A stretch of 64,000 bases of DNA from positions 1 to 64,000 of the IMG/VR virus record IMGVR_UViG_3300039191_000589, one strand, 5' to 3'. The translations under genes were made by a program, and so were the position numbers. The notes under the pieces are model-generated. The model was not told the DNA's origin. It worked only from the letters and a program-made list of their open reading frames with translations, and ran no database searches. The stretch is from a virus. Positions 37,723 to 46,771 of the stretch are shown here, in pieces (within the stretch, counting starts at the first letter, position 1; each line of letters begins with the position of its first letter).

Positions 37723-38565
37723 ATGATAGAAAAAGAATTGGGAAAAGAGATAAGTATTAAATATGAATATGAAAATATTGAATCAATATTAAATAATTTA
37801 AAACAAGAATTAAATAAAATAAATTATAATATTCAAGAAGTTAATAATAAAATAAAAAGAATAATTAATTCTGAAAAATATATAGCGGCATTATTTTATT
37901 TATTAATTGATTATAAATCTCTTTTTAATAAATTTAAGGATGATATAATTAAAGCATGTCATAATAACCCCCTTAGTGCAGTTCAAATTCTTAGCGAATA
38001 TCAAATTATAAATTTAGATGTACTAATTAATATTAATAAAGATGAATTACAATTATTACAATCTACAGATAATTATAAAAATATTATAAAAAAATATAGA
38101 ACAAAATTAATCCATATTATATCTCAAGATCCTGAATGTGCTTATAAATTTATTAGAGAATGTAAAGATAATGTTGAAAGACAATGTTTATTAAACTCAA
38201 TTTTAAAATCAGATACGTATTCTTTTAAGCTTAGAAAATTATTATTAATTAATTTAGATAGCCATAAAAAACAACAATTAACTACTATATGTTGTGGTAA
38301 TGATTATTATATTATGAAATTAATTGAAGCCCATAGGTATTCTTATATTAAATTAAATAATATTGAAAAATGGATTATTATTGATCGTATAATAGAATTG
38401 CAAGATAATAAATTAGCTGAAATAGCATATCATAAAGGTAATTTAGATTTATCACAGGAATTAAAAGAAAAATTAGAACCATTATTAATTATGAATAAAT
38501 TAAATAAAACTAAAAAAAATAAAGAAAAATTTATTAATTATAAAATAAAATTTATTAATTTTTAA
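37723..38565 (+). CDS. Helical hypothetical protein with family-type tail (EPLLIMNKL)
   Basis: RBS AGGAGGG. Confidence 0.7.
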   Translation: MIEKELGKEISIKYEYENIESILNNLKQELNKINYNIQEVNNKIKRIINSEKYIAALFYLLIDYKSLFNKFKDDIIKACHNNPLSAVQILSEYQIINLDVLININKDELQLLQSTDNYKNIIKKYRTKLIHIISQDPECAYKFIRECKDNVERQCLLNSILKSDTYSFKLRKLLLINLDSHKKQQLTTICCGNDYYIMKLIEAHRYSYIKLNNIEKWIIIDRIIELQDNKLAEIAYHKGNLDLSQELKEKLEPLLIMNKLNKTKKNKEKFINYKIKFINF

Positions 38566-38570
38566 ATAAA

Positions 38571-38597
38571 AAAAAGGAAGAGAATCTTCTCTTCCTT
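38571..38597. terminator. Probable bidirectional terminator between convergent genes
   Basis: AAGGAAGAGAA/TTCTCTTCCTT stem. Confidence 0.7.
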
Positions 38598-39036
38598 AAT
38601 CTATTATTCTTAAATGTTGATTATTTTTTACCATTGTTTCATGAATATCTTCTAACCATTGCTCCCATTTATCATTTTCCTGCCATGCAGTAATAGAATT
38701 ATTTTCTAATCCTGATTTTATATCAATTATATTTTTTGGTTTAATTTTTTTTGGGTATAAAAAATCATATCCATTAATACATTTTATACATTTGCTTTGT
38801 TTTACTTTAACTGTTAAAATAGAAATTTTATTATTATGCAACCATCCTCCATATTCTATTGCTTTCTCAATGTTATTTGTTAAAAATATTACTCCATTGT
38901 GGTCTGGCCAACATTCTTTAGGTATATCATTATTATACCTAGAATTATAAGATGGAATCAATCCTTTCTTTAAAATTGAATTAATATTATAATCTGGGGT
39001 GCCATGATAAAGAATTTTAGTGTTATTGTTACTCAT
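38596..39036 (-). CDS. ADP-ribosyltransferase/Tpt1-like (H-G-T) domain protein
   Basis: LYHGT....NSILKKGL.P...VIFLT.....A.EY...ILTV...I.PKNI; RBS AGGAGGG on - strand. Confidence 0.7.
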   Translation of the reverse strand: MSNNNTKILYHGTPDYNINSILKKGLIPSYNSRYNNDIPKECWPDHNGVIFLTNNIEKAIEYGGWLHNNKISILTVKVKQSKCIKCINGYDFLYPKKIKPKNIIDIKSGLENNSITAWQENDKWEQWLEDIHETMVKNNQHLRIID

Positions 39037-39159
39037 ATAAATCCCTCCTAATATATTGTTAATATATTATATTCGACTATTATTAAAATATTACTTTAAA
39101 AAATAAAAAAATTCTTTTTATAATATATATATAATAAATAATACAGGGGGTTTACTTAT

Positions 39160-39837
39160 ATGATAGGTAAATTAATTACAATAGAAGGTATTGATGGATC
39201 TGGTAAAAAAACCCAAACTAATCTAATAAAACAATATTTAGAATCTAAAGGAAAAAAAGTTAAAGTTATTGAGTTTCCTAGGTATAAAACTGAAGTAGGT
39301 AAAGTTATAGCTAATTATTTAAAAGGTGATTATGGAAAATTAAATGAAGTACCTAATGAATTGATTTGTATTGCATATGCTTCAGATAGGGCAGGAATGT
39401 CTAGTAAAATTAGAAGATTACTTAATGATGGTTATTATGTAATTGCTGATAGGTATACATATTCTAATTTATTTACAGCTGCAAAATTACCTAAAGATCA
39501 ACAATATAATTTTATAAAATGGATTGAAAAAATGGAATTTAAGAGTTTAAATATAGTAAAACCTGATTATAATTTTTATTTATATCTTGATCCTGAAATA
39601 GCTTATAAAAGAATAAATCAAAGAGGTAAACGTGATTATCAAGATGGAAAGGATGATATTCATGAACAAGATATTAACTTTTTATCTGATGTCACTGAAT
39701 GTTATTTCAATATTGCTAAAGATAATCCAAAATGGAATATTATTAATCAAATACAAAATAATAAACAATTATCAAAAAACCAAATTTTTAATAAAATAAA
39801 AAAACATTTAGATAAAATAATTAAAGAAGGTGAATAA
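39160..39837 (+). CDS. tmk: Thymidylate (dTMP) kinase
   Basis: ITIEGIDGSGK.TQ P-loop, EFPRY, A.DR, VIADRY..S, PD..FYL, D.HE. Confidence 0.9.
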   Translation: MIGKLITIEGIDGSGKKTQTNLIKQYLESKGKKVKVIEFPRYKTEVGKVIANYLKGDYGKLNEVPNELICIAYASDRAGMSSKIRRLLNDGYYVIADRYTYSNLFTAAKLPKDQQYNFIKWIEKMEFKSLNIVKPDYNFYLYLDPEIAYKRINQRGKRDYQDGKDDIHEQDINFLSDVTECYFNIAKDNPKWNIINQIQNNKQLSKNQIFNKIKKHLDKIIKEGE

Positions 39838-40238
39838 TGATGTTTTTAGAAATAATTTATCAAATGTTTCATTGGGCATGTAAAATGATTTTTATTATAA
39901 GTTTTTTAAGTGTATTATATGAATTAATGTACCCTGTTAAAGAAGAAGGAGTAATAGAATTAACTAAAGATGGAAATCAATATAAAGTTTGTTTTATGGA
40001 AATAAGGTGGGATAAAAAATTGCAAAAAGTACCATTATTAATATTAGGGGATAAATCTTTAAATGTTACTTTTATTAAATTTCCAACTTTACATCCCGTA
40101 ATAAAAGAACAACATAAATATAAAATTTTAAATAAAAATGAATATACTGTTATTAAAAGGTTTCCTGATCAAATTAATGAAAACATAAAAGCATTATTTT
40201 TTATATCAGCCATTTCAGGATTATTATTAATATTTTAA
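39837..40238 (+). CDS. Membrane protein
   Basis: Hydrophobic N- and C-terminal segments. Confidence 0.65.
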   Translation: MMFLEIIYQMFHWACKMIFIISFLSVLYELMYPVKEEGVIELTKDGNQYKVCFMEIRWDKKLQKVPLLILGDKSLNVTFIKFPTLHPVIKEQHKYKILNKNEYTVIKRFPDQINENIKALFFISAISGLLLIF

Positions 40239-40262
40239 AGCCACTTTAAGGTGGCTTTTTTT
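40238..40262 (+). terminator. Rho-independent terminator
   Basis: AAGCCAC/GTGGCTT stem followed by T tract. Confidence 0.75.
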
Positions 40263-40325
40263 ATTTTTAATTATAATTATATTTTATAAGGATATTTAAT
40301 TAATAAAGATTATAGGAGTGATTTA

Positions 40326-41144
40326 ATGAAAAGGTTAATAAAAAAGTCAAAACATGGTATTGAAAATAGAGATGAAGCATTAACTTACATAGATGGAGAA
40401 ATATATACTGGCCCTAACCATCCTAGGATGATTGATGAATTTTTAAAAGAAAACAAAAAACAAGGGAGAAAAATAATAGAAGATTTTATAGGCAATTTCG
40501 GTCTTGATGATGAAGAAGCTCAAATACTATTAGATAAATTTGAAGATTTAGGAAGAGTTCCATCAAATGTATTATCAGCTTATAATGAATTTGAAAGATC
40601 ATCTGATTATTATCAAGAATTAGGTGATGTTCCATTAGGATTTGGACATATTGTAGAAGATGATAATGCGATATATATTGAAAAAGATTCAATTCAAAAT
40701 GTTGATTTTAATACTATAATTAATGAAATAAAAAATAATTATCCTGATTATAATGTTTATGATGATAGTAGTTATTCTAATTATGGTGGTACTCCTGAAG
40801 ATTATACTAAAGTTGCCAGCAAACAATTAATAAAACAAGCTGCTTATGTATATTGTCGTAATTGTAATTGGAGCCAAGATGATTTTTGGAGTGAATCATA
40901 TAATCCATTGAGGTATTTATTAAATTGAGAAGATATGTTATTAAATGAAGATTTAGAAGAGCAATTTACAGATGATTGTAATTTTATTGATCAATATGGA
41001 AATTTAAGTAAAAAAGAAGTAATTATAAAAGAATTAAATGATGCTATTAATAAAATTAAAAAAATGGAATATAAAAATGAAAAACAATTAAAAAAGAATG
41101 ATAATAGATGCCCACAATGTGGAGAAAAATTAACTAGAGATTAA
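40326..41144 (+). CDS. MKRLIKKS-leader two-module protein with in-frame TGA at 40926-40928 (track splits it into 40326-40928 and 40935-41144)
   Basis: Module 1 paralogous to 43629 gene; module 2 CRNCNWSQDDFW...YNPLRYLLN*EDMLL...CPQCG has CxxC pairs on both sides of the TGA; 40935 ATG is in frame with no clear RBS. Confidence 0.65.
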
Positions 41145-41155
41145 AGGGGGATTAT

Positions 41156-41602
41156 ATGAAAAGATTAATAAAGAAAAGTGAAAATTCTCAATATACTGGA
41201 GCTAAATTAATAACAGTTGAAGATGATTATTTGGATGAAGTACCTGAAGATAAAGTTAAAGATACTCATGTTACTAGAGTATTAGAAGGGGTAATTGATG
41301 TTTTTGATATAATGGATTTTCCAGGTGCTAATGGTGAGGATAGAGATTGGCATTTTAATGGTGATCAAGCATATTTTGGTACCTATACAGAAGAAGAATG
41401 GTATGATTTTTTAGATGATATAGAACAAAATGGTATTAAAAAGAAGGTTTTTCTTAAGGTATTTCCTAATGGTGATATAAAAGTTATAGAAGGAAATCAT
41501 AGAATAAAAGCAGCATTACATCTTAATATTAGAAAAGTACCAATAATGATTAAATATTTTGGCAATTCACAAAAATTTGTAGATTATTTTGATAAACCAT
41601 AA
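41156..41602 (+). CDS. ParB/Srx-like domain protein with MKRLIKKS leader
   Basis: PGANGE.R.WH...YFG.Y..EEW...DIEQNG...EGNHRIKAA; paralog of 34886. Confidence 0.75.
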   Translation: MKRLIKKSENSQYTGAKLITVEDDYLDEVPEDKVKDTHVTRVLEGVIDVFDIMDFPGANGEDRDWHFNGDQAYFGTYTEEEWYDFLDDIEQNGIKKKVFLKVFPNGDIKVIEGNHRIKAALHLNIRKVPIMIKYFGNSQKFVDYFDKP

Positions 41603-41616
41603 AAAGAGGTTTAAAA

Positions 41617-41862
41617 ATGAAAATTAAAAAAGTAATAAAAGAATTTAAAAAGTTTGATAAAGATAATGTTTTAATTAAAACTTTTACTCAAGGGTTTTGT
41701 TATGATTTTGCTTGTATTCTTAAAATGAATTTCCCTAAAGGTGAAATATATTTTATAAAGAATAGAAGGCATTATGTTTTTAAAATAAATAATAAATTTT
41801 ATGATATAACTGGTGAAGTTAATATAAAAAAAGAAGATATTTTAGAAAAAGATACTATTTAA
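41617..41862 (+). CDS. Small conserved-type phage protein (G.CY.FA...H...YDITG)
   Basis: Cys/His/Asp pattern reminiscent of a papain or transglutaminase-like fold (low certainty). Confidence 0.6.
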   Translation: MKIKKVIKEFKKFDKDNVLIKTFTQGFCYDFACILKMNFPKGEIYFIKNRRHYVFKINNKFYDITGEVNIKKEDILEKDTI

Positions 41863-41885
41863 GCACCTATAAGGGTGCTTTTTTT
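41861..41885 (+). terminator. Rho-independent terminator
   Basis: AAGCACC/GGTGCTT stem followed by T tract. Confidence 0.75.
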
Positions 41886-41958
41886 ATTGTGTATTATAAT
41901 TTTTTAGTTGAAGTTTATATTTTTTATGAAAATAAATATAATATAGGTAGGTGGTATA

Positions 41959-43611
41959 GTGTTTAATTTAGATTCTATAAAAAATGAAACTAAAGCACTA
42001 CAACAAGACATAGAAAAAATCCAAGAAAATAAAATTCAAGGAATGCCTCTTGGTGATTATATTTTTAATAAAGTTATTACAAGGGTTGATCCAGTTGAAT
42101 ATTGCGAAAGAGTTTTAAGAAATCATTTACCTAGGGAGCAAACAAAATTACATGAAAATCAAAGGATTTTAGTAAGAGCTGTAACAGATCCTAAAATTCG
42201 TAAGGTTGCAGCCTTGATGTCACGGCAGGCTGGTAAAACAGAATCAATTGCTTCTTTTACAGGTTTTTTGTTAGATAATTATCCAGGAATGAGAGTGGGT
42301 ATATTTACTCCTAGAATTCAACAGGCACAAATTGATTTAGGTCGTACTAAAGTATTTTTTCAAATGAATGAAGGATTATTAAATAATGAAATAGTAAAAG
42401 TAACAAAAGATAAACTTAAATTATCAAATGGTTCATATGCTCAAGCAGTATCTGGTTCTGATCAATCTAATATTGAGGGTTTAACTTTTGATGTAATTAT
42501 ATTAGATGAGGCTCAAAAAATTACTGATTATACTTGGTCTGAACGTATTGCTCCTATGGGTGGTGCTACAAATGCGAAAATGATTAAAATTGGAACTCCT
42601 AAAACAAAAAATCATTTCTTTGAATCAATGAAAGGTTCAGCATCAGAAGCATGGGAGTGTTTATATCGGGATTGGACTGAATGTGAACAGTTATGGGTAT
42701 TAAATCAAACCGTTTTACCTGATCATACTGATCCTGAAAGTGGAAGAGTTCGACCATATTCTACATATGTTTTAGGGTTAATGCCTAAATCCTTAAAGCA
42801 AGAATATTTTCCAAAAAATCCTGAAATATGGACAGAAGGAGAAATGTCAGTTCAGGACTTTAGAACCCAGTATATGTTAAATTTTGTAGCTTCTGCAAGT
42901 AAATTCTTTAAAACACATGAAATTGATAAATTGAAAGATGGAGATTTTCATTGGTTAGAAAGTGGTAGAAGAAATGAAACATATGTAGCTGGTATTGACT
43001 TTGCTGGTTCAAGTGCTGGAAATGCTGACTATACTCATATTTCTGTAATGCGAGTTAATGATGATGGAACAAAAGAAAAAGTGTGGGGTACAGAATTTAG
43101 AGGTAAGCGTTATCCTGAACAAATTAAAGAGATTGCTAGTATTTTTGGTGGTCCTCGTCCAAAATTTATGGTTAAAAGTATTTTTGCAGACTATACTGGT
43201 TGTGGTCGACCTGTTATCCAAACATTACAAGATGAATATGGACTACAACAATTAGAAGGTATAACTTTTAATGCTAAAGATACCTATACAAATTCTGGTA
43301 TGAATATGAAAAATATTATGTATGCTAAATTTAAACATGAATTAAATTATGATCGTGTAAAATATCCTAATCAAGAGAAATTTTTAGAAACAGCAGGTTC
43401 TGATAAAAAAGGATTTTATCATAAAATGATTGGAGAGTGGAGTGATCTTGAGATGGAGATGGGAAGAAGTATTAATAAAAGAATTGAAGCACCATCTGGA
43501 GGTCATGATGATGTATGTGATGCTGATGCTTTAGCTAATTTTGCTGCATTAAATGGTCAACAAAATCGTGGAATGCCAAAACCTAGTCAAGCTAAAATTA
43601 GTCGTTTTTAA
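41959..43611 (+). CDS. terL: Terminase large subunit
   Basis: Q motif, Walker A SRQAGKT, Walker B IILDEAQ, coupling IGTP, nuclease AGIDFA...ADYTGCG...GHDD..DA. Confidence 0.9.
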   Translation: MFNLDSIKNETKALQQDIEKIQENKIQGMPLGDYIFNKVITRVDPVEYCERVLRNHLPREQTKLHENQRILVRAVTDPKIRKVAALMSRQAGKTESIASFTGFLLDNYPGMRVGIFTPRIQQAQIDLGRTKVFFQMNEGLLNNEIVKVTKDKLKLSNGSYAQAVSGSDQSNIEGLTFDVIILDEAQKITDYTWSERIAPMGGATNAKMIKIGTPKTKNHFFESMKGSASEAWECLYRDWTECEQLWVLNQTVLPDHTDPESGRVRPYSTYVLGLMPKSLKQEYFPKNPEIWTEGEMSVQDFRTQYMLNFVASASKFFKTHEIDKLKDGDFHWLESGRRNETYVAGIDFAGSSAGNADYTHISVMRVNDDGTKEKVWGTEFRGKRYPEQIKEIASIFGGPRPKFMVKSIFADYTGCGRPVIQTLQDEYGLQQLEGITFNAKDTYTNSGMNMKNIMYAKFKHELNYDRVKYPNQEKFLETAGSDKKGFYHKMIGEWSDLEMEMGRSINKRIEAPSGGHDDVCDADALANFAALNGQQNRGMPKPSQAKISRF

Positions 43612-43628
43612 ATAAAGGGAGGATAAAA

Positions 43629-44483
43629 ATGAAAAGATTATTACAAAAATCTAGTGTAGAAAAAGTTACCCCTATTGAAAAATCATATAAATCTAAAAAT
43701 CAATTAGATGATTTTATAAGAGATGATAATAAAGATAACAGTGATAATAATGATAATATTGATGATGATTTTAAAGATATTCTTAAACAAAAAGAAAGAA
43801 AATTAAGAAATAATAGTCGATTAACTAAAAAATCATATCATGGTATAGATTCTCGAGATTCAGCATTAACATATTTAGATGGGGAGTTATATGTTACTAT
43901 GACCCATCCAGTTGCAATTGAAAAGTTTTTAGGTTCAAATAGAGAAAAAGGAAAGGAAATTATAGAGAAATATTTAGAAGAAAATAATATAGGTAAAGAT
44001 AGTGAAGAAGGTCAAGATATATTAAATGAATTTGAACAAGTAGGGATATTATCTACTGATATTTTCAATGCATATTCTGAATATTCAAGAAGGAAAGGGT
44101 ATTATCAAGATTTTGGTGATATTCCTTTGGCTTTTGCCCATATTGTAAATGATGGTCTTGCAATATATATTGAAGAAGATTCATTACAAAATGTTGAATT
44201 AAATACAGTTGTAAATAAAATAAAGGGAGAATTTCCTAATTTTGATATTTATAATGATGATAGTTATCCTGAAGAAGATGGTATGCCAGAAGATTATGAT
44301 AAATTAGCAAACCAACTTGATCCTGAAAGAATAAAAAAATATAAAAATATACAAAAAAGACCACGCCCTAATTGGAAATCATTAATATTAAAGACTAAAC
44401 CCCAATATTTAGTTGATAATTATTATAAAAAAAATAAAAGATTAATTAAAGATAGGGATGATAATAATGAAAAGATTAATTAA
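43629..44483 (+). CDS. MKRLLQKS-leader modular protein; internal module begins RLTKKSYHG and is paralogous to 40326
   Basis: RDSALTYLDGE...HP...DIPLAFAHIV...AIYIE.DS.QNV...PEDY.K.A aligns with 40326. Confidence 0.75.
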   Translation: MKRLLQKSSVEKVTPIEKSYKSKNQLDDFIRDDNKDNSDNNDNIDDDFKDILKQKERKLRNNSRLTKKSYHGIDSRDSALTYLDGELYVTMTHPVAIEKFLGSNREKGKEIIEKYLEENNIGKDSEEGQDILNEFEQVGILSTDIFNAYSEYSRRKGYYQDFGDIPLAFAHIVNDGLAIYIEEDSLQNVELNTVVNKIKGEFPNFDIYNDDSYPEEDGMPEDYDKLANQLDPERIKKYKNIQKRPRPNWKSLILKTKPQYLVDNYYKKNKRLIKDRDDNNEKIN

Positions 44484-44643
44484 AAAATCTTATAATTATT
44501 ATACAACTCGCGATATATTTTTATCAAAAAATAAAGTTGATTTTAATTACTTTGATGAAATAAAAAGGTTGATAAAAAAAAGAAAAAATAAAAAAGATAA
44601 AAAGGATGAATCAAATGAAAAAAAACATAAAACAAGAGTTTAA
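44467..44643 (+). CDS. Small basic MKRLIKKS-leader protein
   Basis: ATG 44467 after AGGGA; KRLIKK occurs twice. Confidence 0.6.
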   Translation: MKRLIKKSYNYYTTRDIFLSKNKVDFNYFDEIKRLIKKRKNKKDKKDESNEKKHKTRV

Positions 44644-45457
44644 TTCACAAGTATTTGATTATGGAATTAAATTAATTAACCCTTTTAATATATGGAAAAC
44701 AACTTATGGAGCAGGTATAAAAGTAGGATTATTAGATTCAGGTATTGATTATAAACATTCTAATTTAAATAAGAATTTTGTTAAAGGGGTTAACTTTACC
44801 TCTAATGATAAAGATGATTATATGGATTATAATGGTCATGGTACAATGTCAGCTGGGGTAATAAGTAGTTATAATGATATTGGATCTGTTGGTATTGCTC
44901 CTAATATTAATTTATATAATTTAAAAGTATTAGATAAGAATGCTAAAGGAAATATAGATAATATAAAAAAAGGTTTATTATGGTGTATAAGAAATAATAT
45001 TAAAATTATTGTAATGAATTTTGGTTTAAATAATAGTGATAATAGTCTTCATAGAATAATTAAAAAAGCTTATACAAAACAACTTATTATGGTTGCTCCT
45101 ACTGGAAATGAAGGTAAAGAATCAACTTGTAATTATCCAGCTCAATATAAAGAGGTAATATCAGTAACTGCAATAAATAAAAATTATGAAATACCTAGTT
45201 TTGCTACTATAGATAATGCTGAAATTTCTGCCCCCGGAACAAATATTACTACAACTTATCTTGATAATAAATTTATATCAGCTTCTGGGACATCATTGGC
45301 ATCATCTTATATTGCTGGAATAATTGCTTTATTACAAGGGGAAAACTTAGAAAACAATAAGAGATTTTTAAATCAAAATCAAATTAGAAAAAAATTGTTT
45401 AAACATTGTAGTAAAATAAAGAATTTTGATATTAAATATTTTAGTTTTGATAATTAA
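44606..45457 (+). CDS. Subtilisin-like serine peptidase (S8)
   Basis: LLDSGID (Asp), NGHGT (His), GNE oxyanion, SAPG, SGTSLA (Ser); no signal peptide or propeptide. Confidence 0.9.
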   Translation: MNQMKKNIKQEFNSQVFDYGIKLINPFNIWKTTYGAGIKVGLLDSGIDYKHSNLNKNFVKGVNFTSNDKDDYMDYNGHGTMSAGVISSYNDIGSVGIAPNINLYNLKVLDKNAKGNIDNIKKGLLWCIRNNIKIIVMNFGLNNSDNSLHRIIKKAYTKQLIMVAPTGNEGKESTCNYPAQYKEVISVTAINKNYEIPSFATIDNAEISAPGTNITTTYLDNKFISASGTSLASSYIAGIIALLQGENLENNKRFLNQNQIRKKLFKHCSKIKNFDIKYFSFDN

Positions 45458-45509
45458 ATGTTAAAAAAAAATCATATAATCTATATAATTTATATAGATA
45501 TGTTAATAA

Positions 45510-46760
45510 ATGGTGGTGAAGTATATAATGGAAGTTTCAAAGATTAATAATGGATTAACAATAATAACAGATAAAGATAATTCTGCTAATACAGCAACAA
45601 TAGGATATGTTATAGCTTGTGGTTCTCATGATGAAGCTGAAGATGAAATGGGCATTGCTCATTTTACAGAACATATGCTTTTTAAGGGAACTACTAATAG
45701 AAATGCTCAAGAAATATCTAAAGATATTGAAGCAATTGGTGGTATTTTAAATGCTGAAACTTCTTATGAACATACAAAATATCATTGTACAGTTCCATCC
45801 TCAGAATGGGAAATAGCTTGTGATGTATTATCAGATATGATTTGGAATAATTTAATTCCAAAAGATGAATTTAATAGTGAAAAGCAAGTTATATTAGAAG
45901 AATTAAAAATGTATTATGATAAACCTCGTTCAAGGGCAATGCAATTATTATCTATTAATATGCATTTTAATTATAAAAATAGACAATATATTGGTGGAAC
46001 TATTGAAACAGTTAAAAAAATTAATAGAGAACAAATGATTAATTTTATAGATAAATTTTATGTTCCTAGTAATATGGTTGTTATTGCTACTGGTGATATA
46101 GAACATGATAAATTAGTTAACTTTTTTAAGAATTATTGTTTAGATATAGAAATTAAAGACGAATTAAATGATTATAAAAAGTCTGAATTTAATCCACCTA
46201 AATTAAATGGTGATCAATTAGTAGAAGAAAAAAATACTATGCAATCTCATTTATGTTGGGGGTTATTTGGGGCTCAACCTAATACTCAAGAATGTGTTAT
46301 AGGAGATGTTATTGTAACTTTATTAGGTGGTAATACATGTTCAAGGTTATATCAAATTATTCGTGAACAAAAAGGATTAGCTTATACTATTACAATGGAT
46401 AATGAAGAATTTAGTGATATTAGCATAATAAAAGGATATGTTGGTTTAAATAAAGAAAATATTAATGATGTAAAAAATATTATAAAAAAAGAAATGTTTA
46501 AATTAAAAGATGAGTTAGTAACTGATGAAGAATTAGAACGGGCTAAATCATATATTGAAGGAAATTTAAAAATAGGATTAGAAACTCCATCAGCTCAAAA
46601 TGGTTTTCTTACTCAAGCTATAATAATTAATTCAGATATTGATATAGATAATTACTTTAATAAAATTAAATCAGTAACTAAAGAAGATATTATGGATTTT
46701 GCAAGAAAATATTTTAATAAAGATAATATTACATTTTCTCAAGTAATATCTAAAGATTAG
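45510..46760 (+). CDS. M16B family zinc peptidase (start may be 45528)
   Basis: GS.DE....GIAHFTEHMLFKGT (HxxEH), LNA.TS.E.T.Y, EK.VILEE, LGG...SRLYQ.IREQKGLAY. Confidence 0.92.
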   Translation: MVVKYIMEVSKINNGLTIITDKDNSANTATIGYVIACGSHDEAEDEMGIAHFTEHMLFKGTTNRNAQEISKDIEAIGGILNAETSYEHTKYHCTVPSSEWEIACDVLSDMIWNNLIPKDEFNSEKQVILEELKMYYDKPRSRAMQLLSINMHFNYKNRQYIGGTIETVKKINREQMINFIDKFYVPSNMVVIATGDIEHDKLVNFFKNYCLDIEIKDELNDYKKSEFNPPKLNGDQLVEEKNTMQSHLCWGLFGAQPNTQECVIGDVIVTLLGGNTCSRLYQIIREQKGLAYTITMDNEEFSDISIIKGYVGLNKENINDVKNIIKKEMFKLKDELVTDEELERAKSYIEGNLKIGLETPSAQNGFLTQAIIINSDIDIDNYFNKIKSVTKEDIMDFARKYFNKDNITFSQVISKD

Positions 46761-46771
46761 GAGGGTAAACA

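Noticed and set aside
10865-40928. Selenocysteine at the in-frame TGAs
   Set aside because: Positions are not catalytic Cys-like sites and I saw no SECIS-like hairpin directly downstream
34886-41602. ParABS partition system
   Set aside because: Only ParB N-terminal-like domains; no ParA, HTH or parS seen
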